In this document: positions 12,419 to 25,820 of the stretch, one piece after another | Layout: each line of letters begins with the position of its first letter | Numbering within the stretch: the stretch's first letter is position 1 | DNA from: Eledone cirrhosa | Taxonomy: Eukaryota | DNA length: 64,000 bases | Assembly (NCBI GenBank): GCA_964016885.1 | Contig: OZ024742.1 | Coordinates: 174,716,001-174,780,000 of the forward strand | Direction: 5' to 3' | Translations under genes and position numbers: made by a program | The notes under the pieces: model-generated | Told to the model about the DNA's origin: nothing | Database searches by the model: none | What the model saw: the letters and a program-made list of their open reading frames with translations, nothing else

Positions 12419-14379
12419 AATATTATAACGTGGAGCACCAAACAAAAACATTTCTTTTGTTTTTCAAAAATTGATAAATATTTGTGTCTTAGTTATAAGA
12501 TGATTAAACTTAGATTTTGAAAATATTTCTCCATAGTGTATAGTAAACTTCATAAAGGCTTCAAAACATTCTACTTCCACAAGGAGTGTAGCTTTTCTTA
12601 TTGTTGTGATTGATATGTTTGACATGTTTGAAGGATATGCTTTTACAATCCAAGATCAGAGAGAGCTACAAAATATTTGATACATAAAAGCCTCAAAGCC
12701 ACAAAGTTGTGACAGGAAATATTGACCGTTTCACATTTCTTTCTGGAACATAACATGTAGCAGCAACAGCAGCAGCAATAGCAGCAACATCTGCCCTGAT
12801 CTATCTTCAAAAGTATTGCTTTTCTCTCAAGTATGATGTTATTGATAATAAAATATACAATGCCATTCCAAGGAAAATGTTAGCCAGAGGTAAGTGTGAA
12901 AGATATCACTTATTCAGAATTTCTCCAAACCTTTCAATATAAAGAATATTGGAGAATCATTTCACTGAGAACTAGTTGCGATTTATTCAAACAATTATAG
13001 CTAACATTGTCATAGTGAATTTTGGAAAGCAAAAAATCTCTGCTTTTAGTGAATTCAGCTGCTCAACAGAAGTAAACATCTATTTCCAAGGTGAAGGTAA
13101 AGAAGGAACAACAACTAGTAGCAGAATCAGAACCTATTTTTATCATCACTATTTTTCCTTCCTTACATGGGTTGAATGGATCTTTCCTTATCCTTCCATT
13201 CATCACAGATTTTCATCAACTTCACTATGAAATTCAGTGATCAGCTTTCACAATCTTTTCCTAGGCCTTCCTTGGCCTCCTACTGTAGCTCCCTTCCACT
13301 GCGATTTCTTGGCACTTCCTGTGCTAAAAAGTAAATCAATAACAAATGTGTCATATAAAAAGTAAAAGCTATGCACACTCCTTCAAATATATACTACAGC
13401 CGTGAACACTGGTGTTCATTAACTTTAAGGAAACCACAAGCATTCACAGCATTACTGTGAGTGTTTGTGAGGCTGAGGTGCAGGAACAACCTTGATGAGC
13501 ATCACCTTAAGTAAGATGAGCAACAAAAAACTTTCTTTATCAAAGGCCCAGCCCAGTGAATGTTTCCAAATGCCATTGGTTGTAAACAGGCAATTCACCA
13601 ATAAAATATATCAGTAATTTATTCAATTCATCTATGGATGAAGTAACCATCACCTCTTTTGAAGTATGCAGGATGTGTAAAGGTTTGAAAACATTACTGA
13701 AAGTGGGATCTTTTTTGAAACATCTACCTCTTATCTTAACTGATTTGTTCTTGTGCCATGTCATCAATTTTCATCTATTTTTTTCATACATTAAACATCT
13801 AAAGTAGAATGAAGATTTTAAAATAAATTTAATGTTTAGTACTTTTAAGATTTTTTTTTTTTCCTTATTCATTTAACAGAAATTGTTATTCAATCTAAAG
13901 TATTTCACTTTAGAATACATTTGATTTTGTTTTCCCTTGTAAAACGTGCATCCATAGAAAACGTGCCAACCAAAGGATTAAGAGAACTGTCTAGCTTTTG
14001 TCAGAATCAAGACAACCTTCTAGAGCGGGTGCCATTTAAAAATCACTTCAATCATTCTGAAGAGAGAGAGAGAGAGAGAGTGCAGGAACATAAGTGAGAT
14101 GAGAGACCCCCCCCCACACACACACACATACATACAACAACCTGTCTGAGAGATCTAATTGATCCACTTAGACAGTGACTACCCATTGAAACCTCTTTGT
14201 TGGGCAAACATACCATAAATGGTAATGATGATAACATCAGTGATGGAGAACAAATGAAAACATTTTAGAATTATTAGGATTTTTGATCCCTCTGTTTTCC
14301 CCCGCCTCCAGCAGCGCAATGTCTGTAACCCAGGCCCAACCCCTACTGATGCCTTTCGAAAACCAAGTACACTGAGCAC

Positions 14380-14800
14380 CTTAGTGCTGTAATGAGGGAA
14401 TGCTGCTACTGTGATAAATGCACCTAGTCAATCTTGGAAGGTGGCAGTGCTGGTGCCATAACAAAAGCATGGACTTAATCCATCATATATGGTGGTAGTG
14501 CCAGAGTTATGCACCAAAAAGCACTCAGTCCATGTAAGGTAGTAGTGCTACAGCCATGTTAAAATGTCCCCAGTACATGTTGTGAAATAGTTAGTGCTAG
14601 GAAGGGTATCCAACCATAGAAGCCATGCTCCCAGTACACATGATGTGGTTGGTGTTATGAAGTGCATCCTGCTGTAGAAACCAAGCCATAACAAAGCATG
14701 CAAGCAAGATCTTGCCACTTGACTGGTCTGGCCTCAGCATGTGACAGCCATCTAAGTCAGACAAGTATGGAAAATAGACATTAAACAGTGATGTTCATGA
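14380..14800 (+). mobile_element. Old RTE-type 3' UTR remnant
   Basis: gtggttggtgttatgaagtgcatcctgctgtagaaacc and tail gtatggaaaatagacattaaacagtgatg. Confidence 0.6.
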
Positions 14801-16559
14801 TTTGTGTTCCATTATTTCTAAATAAAAAAGTTTAGAACATTTTTATCAGACTATAGTTTTTGAATTATTGACGGACAAAAAGCCCATACAGTTATAAATT
14901 TGTTGTGTATTTCTGCTTATCTCTATATGAGCATACTAATGTAATAGATGCAGCCAATTAAATGCTTTAGAGCAACTCCTATGGCTTTCACACCATACTA
15001 GCAGATAGCATATAAAATGTCAGTTTTGTATCAACCAATCTATTACATTGAAGAAATATTACTAGGTCATAGATTTAACATTTTTGTGAGAATATTTATT
15101 ATAAAATACATAGCCCATGTTTTTTAACAATGTCGAAAATATTTAAATTGGATGGATTTTGTAATATAATTAACTTCCTCATTATCAAGCTGGTGTTTGG
15201 GACATCATTTATTAAAAGGTTCTTACATAAAATTGTGGAAAGTTTTAATTTAAATATGAACAATTTAAGAGGAGCAATTTTGTATCATAAAACCAGGGGT
15301 GGTTTCAGGTGATATTGATATGAAAAGAGTTGTGATATATCATATTCATCATTATCACCTTCATTTAACATCCACTTTCCCTGCTAGCAAGGGTTGGAAG
15401 GGTTGTTGGCAGACTAGATATTGACCGCACAGTAGGCTAGAAACTTGCATCTTACTTATGTTTCTGCACACAAAGGAGCACTCAGATGGGCTGGTGATCT
15501 GTGACTCACTACTATCCTGTGCAATACCAAGTGCAGTTTATCATGACACCAGCACTATTGAGGGTGTCATATTCTTGACACAACTGAAGAAGCCTTTCAA
15601 TCCTTTGTTTGGCAGGTTTTCAATGGCTTGATGCCCTTCCAATCACCAACTATTTCACACAGTATCCAGTCACATTACAATATAATCTATTTCAATCTAC
15701 TGAGCTGAAAACAGTAATTTTAAGACCCCTACTAAATGCATGCTAACTAGAAAAATTTAATAAACGTAAAGGGATAAGAATACAAACAAAAGGTTATTAC
15801 TAGTTACCTTAATTTTTTTTGTTTTTTATAGTTGTAAACTTCATTTTGTAAAGATCTATTGCTGTATTTAAGGGCAGATTTAGACCTTAGGTTATTTGTT
15901 TGTTTGTTTTTTACTTGGGGTGGGAGTGGGTGGGTTCTCATACACAAAACATTAGAATATGCACAAAACCCCTAATTTTGCCTATGAAAGTCAGTTGGTG
16001 CAAGTAATTGGAATTGAAAGGTCATATATACAGGTATAAAATTCAAAATATCTAACCACTCTCATTTTACGCCCACGTGCGACACTCAAATGTGTTCACC
16101 AGGTTGGTGCAGTCCAAGAACAGATATATCAGAGAGACATCATCTTGCTAATACATCATATATTTGGCACAGTATCTATGGTTAGATGCCCTTCCTAACA
16201 TAACCCATTTAGTGTATTTACTGGGTGCATTTTTTGTGATACCAGCACAACTACTTTACACAACGACATCAAAGATCTTTTATTAGAACATTGTTTCGAT
16301 AACAACCTGATGCTTCTAAAGTTGAAAAATGTTGATGTATTTTGCCACAGGAAGGAAATGAAATACTTCTTGTTAAAAGTATAGTTTCCCCTTGTCAAAG
16401 AGATAAAACTAAAATGTCCAACAGAGGGCACATACATTTCTACAGCCAGCAATTGTCCCATTTGCTCCTCATTTAATCTGGCCCTTGCTGTATTATATAA
16501 GCTTCCAACTTTCCTATAATCAAATTTATCATCAAATTTGTAAGATGTTTTTTATGGAA

Positions 16560-16980
16560 GGATTTGTGACTCTGAGGGACGAGTAGATTGTATGATACTT
16601 GTATGAGAAGTATCAGGTTGCAAGGTAGTAAGATAAGAATAGTAAATGTTGAAGATGTGTGAAGGCTTGAGAAAAACAAATTGAGCATGCTTTGTTTGTT
16701 GTGTAAGTTTAATGTACATAAATGAGAAAACGTGCATGAGATGAGAAAAAATTGAACATAAAAGAAATCATATGTTACATGCAGAGAAGCAGATAGTACT
16801 GGTAAAGATATGAAATGCATATGGATGATGATTGTTCAGTGAAGATGTGCCATGAGTAGTAAGTGGAAGGAAGCAGCTACAGAAGACCAAGATGGTTTTT
16901 AGCAGAGGTGGTGAGAGCTAACCTCAAAACACTGAGTCTCACAAAGATTACAAGGGACTGAGATGCTACACTGGACAAAG
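16560..16980 (+). mobile_element. Highly decayed RTE RT C-terminal fragment
   Basis: agattgtatgatacttgt...gaaggcttgagaaaaac...gtggtgagagctaacctcaaaacactgagtctc, like 26775-27140. Confidence 0.6.
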
Positions 16981-17070
16981 GGGCACTAAAGACAATGGGA
17001 AAACAGGTAGTTTCATCATGTATGCATGTGGTTATATATATATATATACGTGTGTGTGTGTGTGTATATA

Positions 17071-17458
17071 TGGAGGCACATGGCTTAGTGGTTAGAGGAT
17101 TGGCCTTGCAATCGAAAGGTTGTGAGTTCAATTCTCAGACCGGGTGATGTGTTGTTTCCTTGAACAAGACACTTTATTTCACATTGCTCTAGTTTACTCA
17201 GCTGTAGAGATGAGATGATAGGGGCTGGGGTCCCTATCATTCCATTGGAAAGTGGTCGTGGAGGTGCCACGGCAAAAATGCACCCAGCCCAAAATGTAAA
17301 GTGGACGTGTAGGCGCCACGGAAAAAAAGCTCCCAGCACTCACTGTAAATGAGGGCATCACTGTAAAAAGGGCATCCAGCTGTTGAAATCAAGCCAGAAT
17401 CAGTTCCCATCCTACCCTTGCTAGCAGGGAAAAGCAGACGTAAAATGATGATGATGAT
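17071..17458 (+). mobile_element. tRNA-head/CORE-like SINE with RTE-derived 3' tail
   Basis: A box tggcttagtgg, B box gttcaattct, RTE-like tail ending (gat)n; flanking (ta)n-cg-(tg)n duplicated on both sides as a TSD. Confidence 0.88.
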
Positions 17459-17476
17459 ATATATATATATATATAC

Positions 17477-17509
<33 letters not shown>

Positions 17510-17699
17510 GTTATGTAATAAACAAAATAAGACAATTATTCCATTGACCAGTGGTTTCTTAAAAGCATAAAAATTTGCTTTCAATCATCAGAATGAAAAA
17601 ATCCTGGTGTATTTATTGATATTGGATTCTAAAAACAAAAATGCAATCTATATGAAAGTGAGGCTGGAGAAGGAAGAAGGAAAAATAAAATAAAAACAC

Positions 17700-18208
17700 A
17701 AATGCAAACACACACACACACACACACACAATTATATACATACACACATATATATATATATATATATACATACACACATACATACACACACACATATACA
17801 CATATATAAGTGTATATATATACATACACATACATATACACATACATACATACATAAATATCAACATATGCATACATACACATACATATATACAACCACA
17901 CACATATATATACACATATATATATAGAAATATAAATATATATATATGCATACACATACACATACATAGCCATACACACATACATATACATACATACATA
18001 CATACATACACACAATCATACGTATATACACACGTACATACATACACATACATACACACATATATACATGCATACATATGCATGCACAAAATTAGAAAAA
18101 TACACACACCTCTACATCTTCACATATATACACATATATATATACATATATATATACGTGTGTGTATATATATATACATATATACATGTGTATGTGTGTG
18201 TGTGTATA

Positions 18209-18250
<42 letters not shown>
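17700..18250. repeat. Compound (CA)n/(TA)n/(TACA)n microsatellite
   Basis: Direct reading. Confidence 0.95.
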
Positions 18251-18258
<8 letters not shown>

Positions 18259-18400
18259 GGGAAGTGAGGTTCTATACAAAACAGTGGATATAGAGAAAAG
18301 ATGAAGCTGGAAATAGCACGGGAGATATATTTAAGGGTCTGTTTTGCTTTTTTGATTCGTCAAAGTGACATTATTGAAAAGATAATGTTATTACAAAGAT

Positions 18401-18592
18401 AATTGTTTCTATTTTAGGCAGAAGGCCAGCAATTACCCAGTGTATTACTGGTACTTTATTTTATCGACCCCGTAAGGATGAAAGGCAAAGTTAAGCTTGG
18501 CAGGATTTGAACTCAGATCATAAAGGGACGTAACTCTATGCTTCAAAGCATGGTGTCCGACTCTCTACTGATACTGCCAATCCACCGCCCTA
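18401..18592 (-). mobile_element. SINE family A
   Basis: Reverse complement of 3944-4130; present only in the left arm of the palindrome. Confidence 0.9.
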
Positions 18593-18949
18593 GTGTCATT
18601 AAACAGATAATGTTATTAAAAGAGAGGGACAATTCTTTTTAATTTTTTTTTTTTTTTTTTTATGAAGTATATAAAGTATATGAGAAAACTACCAGTTTCG
18701 ATGTATTAGATCCATCTTGTCAAATTCAGTGAAAAAAGTTAATTAAAAAGAGTTGGTAGGAGTAAAGAAAGGTTTAAAATTAAAATCAAAATCGAATGTT
18801 TGAGTAACATTTCTTCCATCATGCTTCCTGAGAAGTTGGCTGGGATTCAGGAAGCATGATAGAAGAACTTTTACTCAAACATTCGATTTTTTTTTAATTT
18901 TAAACCTTTCTTTACTCCTACCAACTCTTTTTAATTAAGTTTTTTCACT

Positions 18950-18992
18950 GAATTTGACAAGATGGATCCTAATACATCGAAACCGGTAATTT
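18950..18992 (+). ncRNA. Minimal type I hammerhead ribozyme motif, U3-A8 core variant
   Basis: gaat-UUGACAA-gaug(gauccuaaua)cauc-GAAA-ccgg-UA-auuu; mirror copy on the minus strand at ~18687-18729. Confidence 0.68.
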
Positions 18993-19854
18993 TCTCATAT
19001 ACTTTATATATAATAACAATATCTTTTATCTTTTTAATAACACTATCTTTGCAATAATGTCCCTTTGACGAACCAAAGAAGAAAATCAGACCCTTAAATA
19101 TATCTCCCGTGCAATTTCCAACTTTCTCTTTTCTCTCTCATTTCATTTTCATTTCATTTCCCGTCCACTTTTCCCTGCTTGCATATATATACGTGTGTGT
19201 GTGTGTGTATATATACATATATATATACATATATATGTATATACACATGTGCCCATAACTCATGTGGAATGGTAAAGAATGTGTAAAATTGATGAGGACG
19301 ATGGTAATTTAATTACGAAAGTAATACTTGCTAGCATAAGAAAGCTATAAGAAATGCCTCTGGTGTATCCAATACTATAAAATGAAATATATATGATTAT
19401 GTTACATGGACACATACTATAATAAGCTGAAATTACTGAAAACAATACTGATACTTTAACTTAAAACAAACATTTTCTCTCCGAAGAGAATATTATAAGC
19501 AATGAAAGCTGGCACCTGTTGTAATACTATAAATTATACACTCAAATACTGTTGGTTCATTCATAAGTTAATCTTTTAATCAATCTCACTTCAACTAGAA
19601 AGTTTTTCCATATATCTTTGTTCATATCTTGAACTTTGAAAATAAGGTAATATATTATTACTTTATGTACTTTGTGATTAATGGTATCATGCTATCCTAT
19701 ATGCCTTCAGGTTAGATTTTTGGGTCATATAGGTTCTTTACAATCAATGGCTACTCCATGGCTATTTCTTTAAAAAAATATGCCAAAAGTTAGATATTTA
19801 ATAAGCTTATCAATCAATATATATACACCAACACAAATCTTTTTAATTTTTTCA

Positions 19855-20060
19855 CATCATTTCATTTTACGTCCACTTTTCCCTACTTGCAAGGGTGGGA
19901 CGGGAACTGATTCTGGCTTGATTTCTACAGCTGGATGCCCTTCCTAACACCAACCTCATTTACAGTGGGTGCTGGGTGCTTTTTTGCCGTGGCACCTTCA
20001 TGACCACTTTGCAGTGGAATGATAGGGACCCCAGTAATCTCATTTCTACAGCTGAGTAAA
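19855..20060 (-). mobile_element. 5'-truncated copy of the RTE-tailed SINE
   Basis: Matches 2192-2400. Confidence 0.82.
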
Positions 20061-20599
20061 ATATATATATATGCAGTCAAATAATGTGTATGTATGAATT
20101 TATATACTCACACCGGTATAGAAACATGTGATGCATATTCATGAATATGCATATATATCCACATACAAAATTGCATTGTTAACATATGAATTCATACACA
20201 CAGACAAAATACATAAATCCACTCGTTATTTTGTAACAGTCCATGCCTCTATAGGTTTAGCTGGCTTCTTATGCAGTTGCATTTCTTAGGATGTATATTG
20301 GGTGTTTTAATGTTAGGTACCTCAGTCCTATTATATAGCCCCATTTAATAAATGTGTAATGCGTATATATGGGTTCATATGCATATCTACATAAAAATTA
20401 GTACAGACATGTGTAGATATGATTTTGTACACACAGTCTATTTCTGATCAATGAATCCTAAAAAAATGGGTTTACTCCTATGTAATGTATTATGATGTTT
20501 AGGAAGATACCATTAGTAGTGTCCCTTTTTGGCACAAAGCTGAAATTAATATCATTGAAGTAAATTTTGTTCCTAATCATTTGTGACTTTGATAACCTT

Positions 20600-21450
20600 T
20601 TCCAACAAAGTTATGCCTCTGAATTTTCACTCGTTAATGAATTTCTAGCAGTCTACCTTCATATCCTTAGTTGTTTTACCTTTATCTATCATACTGCTGT
20701 CAACCTTGATAGCTGGCCCCTCAGTTGACTCTGTTTGGAGTAGGCCTGCTCTCTTCCATACATTCTCTTCTTTCTGCAGTCTCTTGTTCTTGTCATAGTT
20801 GACGATGCTGCTGCTTTGCCAGTCATTGTGTATGACTCATTTCTGTATTACCTGATTAACTATGCAAGTGATTAGTCTGTGCCCCACTCTACTTCAGATA
20901 ATTTACCTATTTTGTCACCATTTCTAACAAAACACACTCTATTCAAATTAATAGATAAATAACATTCAAGGATTATTTTATCATTATTATGTTCGTGATT
21001 TAATATCAATTCTAATATGAAACTATGCTGCTAGAGTTTATTTTGAAATGCATGGGTTTGTTTCATAAATCCAGAATTGCCTTTGACTACATTGGTATAA
21101 AAAAATGTTAATTATATTGGTGACTATTCCTGATGGACTAGCTGCTTTATCGGCATTTATGATCTTAATTGCATCCGCTATATTACTACTACCATCTAGT
21201 GTCTCTGTTGGGTCAACGTGGCCTGAAATCTCTCTCTCTCTCAATGCATTCTTCTCATACAACAACATTAAGAATAAGTGTGCTTTCATAATTCCATATA
21301 CATTTCTACCTCATGGCATCCCAGTTCTCTAAGTACACTGCCTTGCAACACTGAATACATTTGGCATAGTGTTTTCTGGCTGAATGCTTTTCCTGGCAAC
21401 AGTTACTTTACAGTGTGGGCTGAGTGCATTTTATCTTTCCACCTGCATTA
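20600..21450 (-). mobile_element. Highly decayed RTE fragment (linker between EN and RT)
   Basis: ORF 21038-21289(-) NALRERE..VDPTE...DAIK...KAASPSGIV resembles 48500-48650 (NAWEEE..VDP...KAIKDMKTGKATGPSGIA). Confidence 0.6.
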
Positions 21451-22824
21451 GGACTTAAATGTTAGGACTTAACTGTCCCCTCTACATTGTATAAGTTTTT
21501 ATTTAGTTTCAATTTTTTCTTAGGTTGCTTTTGCTAAGGTTTACATGGTCCCTGTCTTTGCCATGCATTTTCTCTATAAAGTTACTCCCATGCTAGAGGG
21601 GTTGCTCTCAGTAAAGTTTACAGAGGCCATAACTTTGCAGTTTCTATGGGAAGTTACTGCTCACCGAGATAATTATCTTGCAGTATTTGAAACGATGAAT
21701 GTCTCCTTAGAGAAATCACATTTTATGTCAACATTTTCTATGCACAATACAATCAACTTGTGATAAATAGAATTGATATCTGAAAAGATAATTGGTAGAC
21801 CTACATATTTGAATAGTCGAATCTGTCCAGAGAGATGATTACTAATTAATTTCACCATTAACATAATTAAGTAATTTAACTATTACAGTAATATGAATTT
21901 CTATACTCTAAATTACAAAATCCTTTTAAAAGTATTATGACATTGTTATTGAATTATCTCCTTACCAACAGGAAATATGTACTTCTATATCATAAATTAC
22001 TTAACTTGTAAGACAATATAAAATAGTCATTTAGATGAAGACCATTTCTCTAAAATTGATTTCAATATTTCTCCCACAATAATAAATTTAACACTAGCTA
22101 ATATACTAAAAGAGTAGCTAATATCAAAGACGTTAAACATGATAAAATTCACCCAGTATACTTTGGGGATGTTGTGTAAGAAAGTCATCTAGCTGTAGAA
22201 ATCATCTCAGAGGTTTGAGAGGACTCGTCATTTGCATCAAGGTCACAGCATCTTCTTCTGTGGTGTTGGTGCCATGTGAAAATACATCTAGTTTACTCAA
22301 TAAACTGGTTAGTGAGAGGAAGGGCATACAGAATGTAGAGATTATTCCAAAAGGTTAGAGCAACCACTTTAGTGCAGATGCCACAAGAATGTTGTTGTAA
22401 AGTGTTTGACATTAGGAAGTGGATCCAACTGCAGAAACCATACCAAAATTGAGTGTATCTGGGTGAGTGACAGTTCCCTGTTCTACCATAGGAACATTAG
22501 CTCATGGTTTGCAATCTCAAGCCAGCATAGAAGAGGAGACATGAAATTATGATGAAGATAAATGTATTTGCTTATCTAATATAATTTACGGTAAATATTT
22601 TCTGTTCTCTAATTTATACAAATTTACATTTTTCTAGATTAGGTTTTAAAAATGCTTAAAATGTTTCCCTACTATATTTCTAATGGAAATCAATCAAATC
22701 ATTTTGAAAATAATCAAGAATTTGGAGGGGCTTGGTAATATAACTAATTTCCTCGTTATTATCCTGGTGTTTTAAGAAAAGTTCCTACTTCAAATCATTT
22801 TGGAAGTTATTTTGATGATGGTAA

Positions 22825-22897
22825 TAATTGTTTCTACTTTTAGGCACAAGGCCAGCAATTACCCAGTACATTACTGGTACTTTATTTTATCGATCCC
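22825..22897 (-). mobile_element. 5'-truncated SINE family A
   Basis: 3' portion only; TSD atgatggtaataat on both sides. Confidence 0.8.
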
Positions 22898-23100
22898 AAT
22901 GATGGTAATAATGAAGGCAATGGGAATGATCAGGAATTTTGGATTGTAGTTGATATTTGTGGCAAGGGGTAGGGAAAAGATCAAAAGAACATGAAATGAA
23001 AATGTAAATTTAAAAACAGAAATTATTTTAATCCAGCCTGTACATTCTCTGGAACTTATAACAACTACTTCTATCTCCACAAAGCCTCATCAGTTCTCCT

Positions 23101-23511
23101 TTAACTCTTTTGATACCCAACAATCTGAAGCTACATTTATTTCTATGATACAAACCACTTTATTTTAGAGTATTATTATTTATCAGAATAACTTCCATCA
23201 TAATTTTATGTGAACACCATTTTTAACATATTTTAAACATTAGAACATTGAGAAAGTTATATCATGAAACCTTCATAAATCTTGATTATTTTCGAATGTT
23301 TTGAAAATTATAGGCTTAAACCTTTCATTCCATGTGTCTGAAACTGACTTAGACTCTATGAAACAAAAACTCTTATTTTAGAGGATATCTATTTAAATTA
23401 AAATTTTCCAACATAATATTATGTGAGCCATATGTAAATCTCTCAAAACGTTTCATTAATTAATTAAAATAAGAGTGAATTTCATTGAAAATACAGTAAC
23501 ACAAGGATTAA
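23101..23511. mobile_element. TTAA-ended MITE family, two adjacent copies
   Basis: ttaactcttttgatacc... and ttaaacctttcattcc...ggattaa; similar to 12154-12418. Confidence 0.5.
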
Positions 23512-23909
23512 TGGCCAAATATCTGTGCAACCTGCTTGTCAGTAGCATTGTATATTCCAGGGTTGCTCAACATGGAACATTTTAATATCTGTAGGTGTTG
23601 TAATTCCACTAGTCTATGCAAGTAACTGACCCTAAAGATGAAGTTTTAATCCTCAATCCCTCTGTGTGAAATCTTCTGATAACATGTGCAACAGTTCATT
23701 TAATCTTTACAATAATATTCACAACACCGAAATTGATATTGACACAGGAGTGGATGTGTCATTAAGGAGATCACTTTGCAACCATGTGCACATTTCTAGC
23801 AACATAACTTTCTCATTACTAACCTCGCATTTGGAACATAATTTAACAAAGGTTCTTACATAAAATTATGAAGAAATCTTTTTAGATAAATATTAGTTTT
23901 TTCCCTTAA

Positions 23910-24693
23910 AGGAAGGGCAGATTGAATGATGCATGTATATGAACAGTAATGCTACATTATAGTAAGACCTGGGCACTGTGTGAAGAGGATCTGTGAAGAT
24001 TGGAAAGAAATGAATCCTGCATGCTCCGATGGATGTGTAATAGTAATATACACAAACAGTAAAGCGTAAACAAACTGAGAGAGAAATTAGGCATAAGAGG
24101 GATCAGATGCAATTGCTAGAGAAGAGATTGCACTGATATGGTCATGTAATGCGTATGTGGAGTGACAATTGTATAAAAAGGTGCAGGGTGATCAAAGTTG
24201 ATGGAAGACCTCGGATGAGGTGATAAAAGCTGACCTTGCACAATTGCATCTCTCAAAGAAGATGACACAGGATCAAGATATTTGGCATTATGCAGTAACA
24301 TTATGCATGGACTGAAACATACATGTAGTAGGCACCTCTTATACTTCCATTCCCCAACACCCACCCATCCACTTCTGTTCACACTACCCTTAGACTGTAA
24401 AGTTGTGAGGTAGGTGTCACAACAAAAATCACCCTGCCTACACTGTAAAGTGGTTGTGTGTCGTGACAAAAAGCACTGGGCCCACACTGTGAAACAGTCA
24501 TGTAGGAGTCATGACAAAAAAACCACCTAACACACACTATAAATGTGGTTAGCACCAGGAAGGTTCATCCAGAAGTAGAAACCAACCCCGAAACAGTTCT
24601 GAGCAAAACACACTTATCTTACCATACATTCCTCAAATAGGATAACCTGTCATGCTAGCGTGGAAAGTGGACTTTAAACAATGATGACGATGA
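23910..24693 (+). mobile_element. Decayed RTE LINE 3' fragment
   Basis: RT C-terminal similarity (gaagattggaaagaaatgaatcctgcatgctccgatggatg), hairpin-repeat UTR, (gat)n tail. Confidence 0.85.
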
Positions 24694-24833
24694 TAAACAT
24701 GACAAACATCTTTATATCATAAAGACTTGGTCGTTCTCAAGTATTTGGTGTCAAAATGGTTAAACTCTTAATTTCCATCATTTAGATCCCCTGCAGAACA
24801 ATATGCTAGTTGATATAAAGATTGGTTAATTGT

Positions 24834-25049
24834 TGAACTTTTCGTTACCAACCTATCAAAAACTACCTCTGGTTCTATGAAACAGATTTTGTTTTTAAAG
24901 GGTTTGTTTTTAAATTAACATACTCCTACATAATTTGACAAATACCATTTTAGTAATGAAATAATTAATCGTTTTAGTAAATCTCTCAAAATACTTCATT
25001 GATTTGAATATAGTGTATTTCATAAGAAATATAGGCACGAAAGAATTAA
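24834..25049. mobile_element. TTAA-ended MITE family copy
   Basis: Similar to 23101-23511 and 12154-12418. Confidence 0.5.
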
Positions 25050-25820
25050 GCAGTTTAACAAGTTAGTGTGATTTCAATCCCAAGGTGAGTGTAATTATAT
25101 ATGAATTAGTTTATGTGGAACAAGCAAGTGACATCAGAAGTAACATAACTACTACAAGGATATTCCTGACATCGACAATGGAATGAGAACAATTTATCCC
25201 TGTGATTTCAGTAGGGGTTGGTAAAAGTACCAAATATGAGGATAACAAGCAAGATGAGGGCAACATCATCATCTAATGCATGTTTTACATGTTGGCATGG
25301 GTTGGACAGGTTGATATAGATTGGGACTATATGGCTTGGAGAGACTTCCTATTGATTATGTTTATATTTGGCATGGTTTTTGATGCTTTTCCTAATATTT
25401 TAGAGAATGGACTGGGTGTATTTTATTGAGGTGCCAGCACTACTATTAAATAGTTTGCTGGATACATTTTATTGTAACGTCAACACTTGGGAGGTTATCT
25501 TATGTTTGGTCAAATAGAAGAGTCCTCTCTACTTTATATTGACTATGTTCAATTTCCCACCAATTGACTGAGTATACATGATGCTTTTTATCATTACACC
25601 AACGTTAGAGTGGTTGTGTTATGTTTGGCTAGACTAAAGAGAATTCTTTACCCTATATTGACTCCATGCAACCACTTGTCTGAATAAATCAGTCTAGAAT
25701 ATTTCCCATTTGTTTTACTAGTCTACGAATTCTAGCAATTAACCATTTCTAAAAAAATTCATGCTGCCCTGTTTTCTTGCAACAGTCAAAATATTAACTA
25801 TTTCATAATATTCAATAATA

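Larger units (their letters stand above)
18251..19136. mobile_element. Fold-back palindromic element 1 (probable Penelope-like inverted pseudo-LTR), left arm interrupted by a SINE
   Basis: Arms ~18292-18831 and 18847-19136 are reverse complements around a 15-nt spacer; a hammerhead motif in each arm. Confidence 0.85.

Noticed and set aside
12760-12895. Candidate exon ending ag|gtaagt (similar donors at ~25085, ~27791, ~58803)
   Set aside because: No recognisable protein similarity or consistent reading frame between candidates
21105-21332. Hydrophobic, membrane-like 75-aa ORF
   Set aside because: Antisense reading of a decayed RTE fragment
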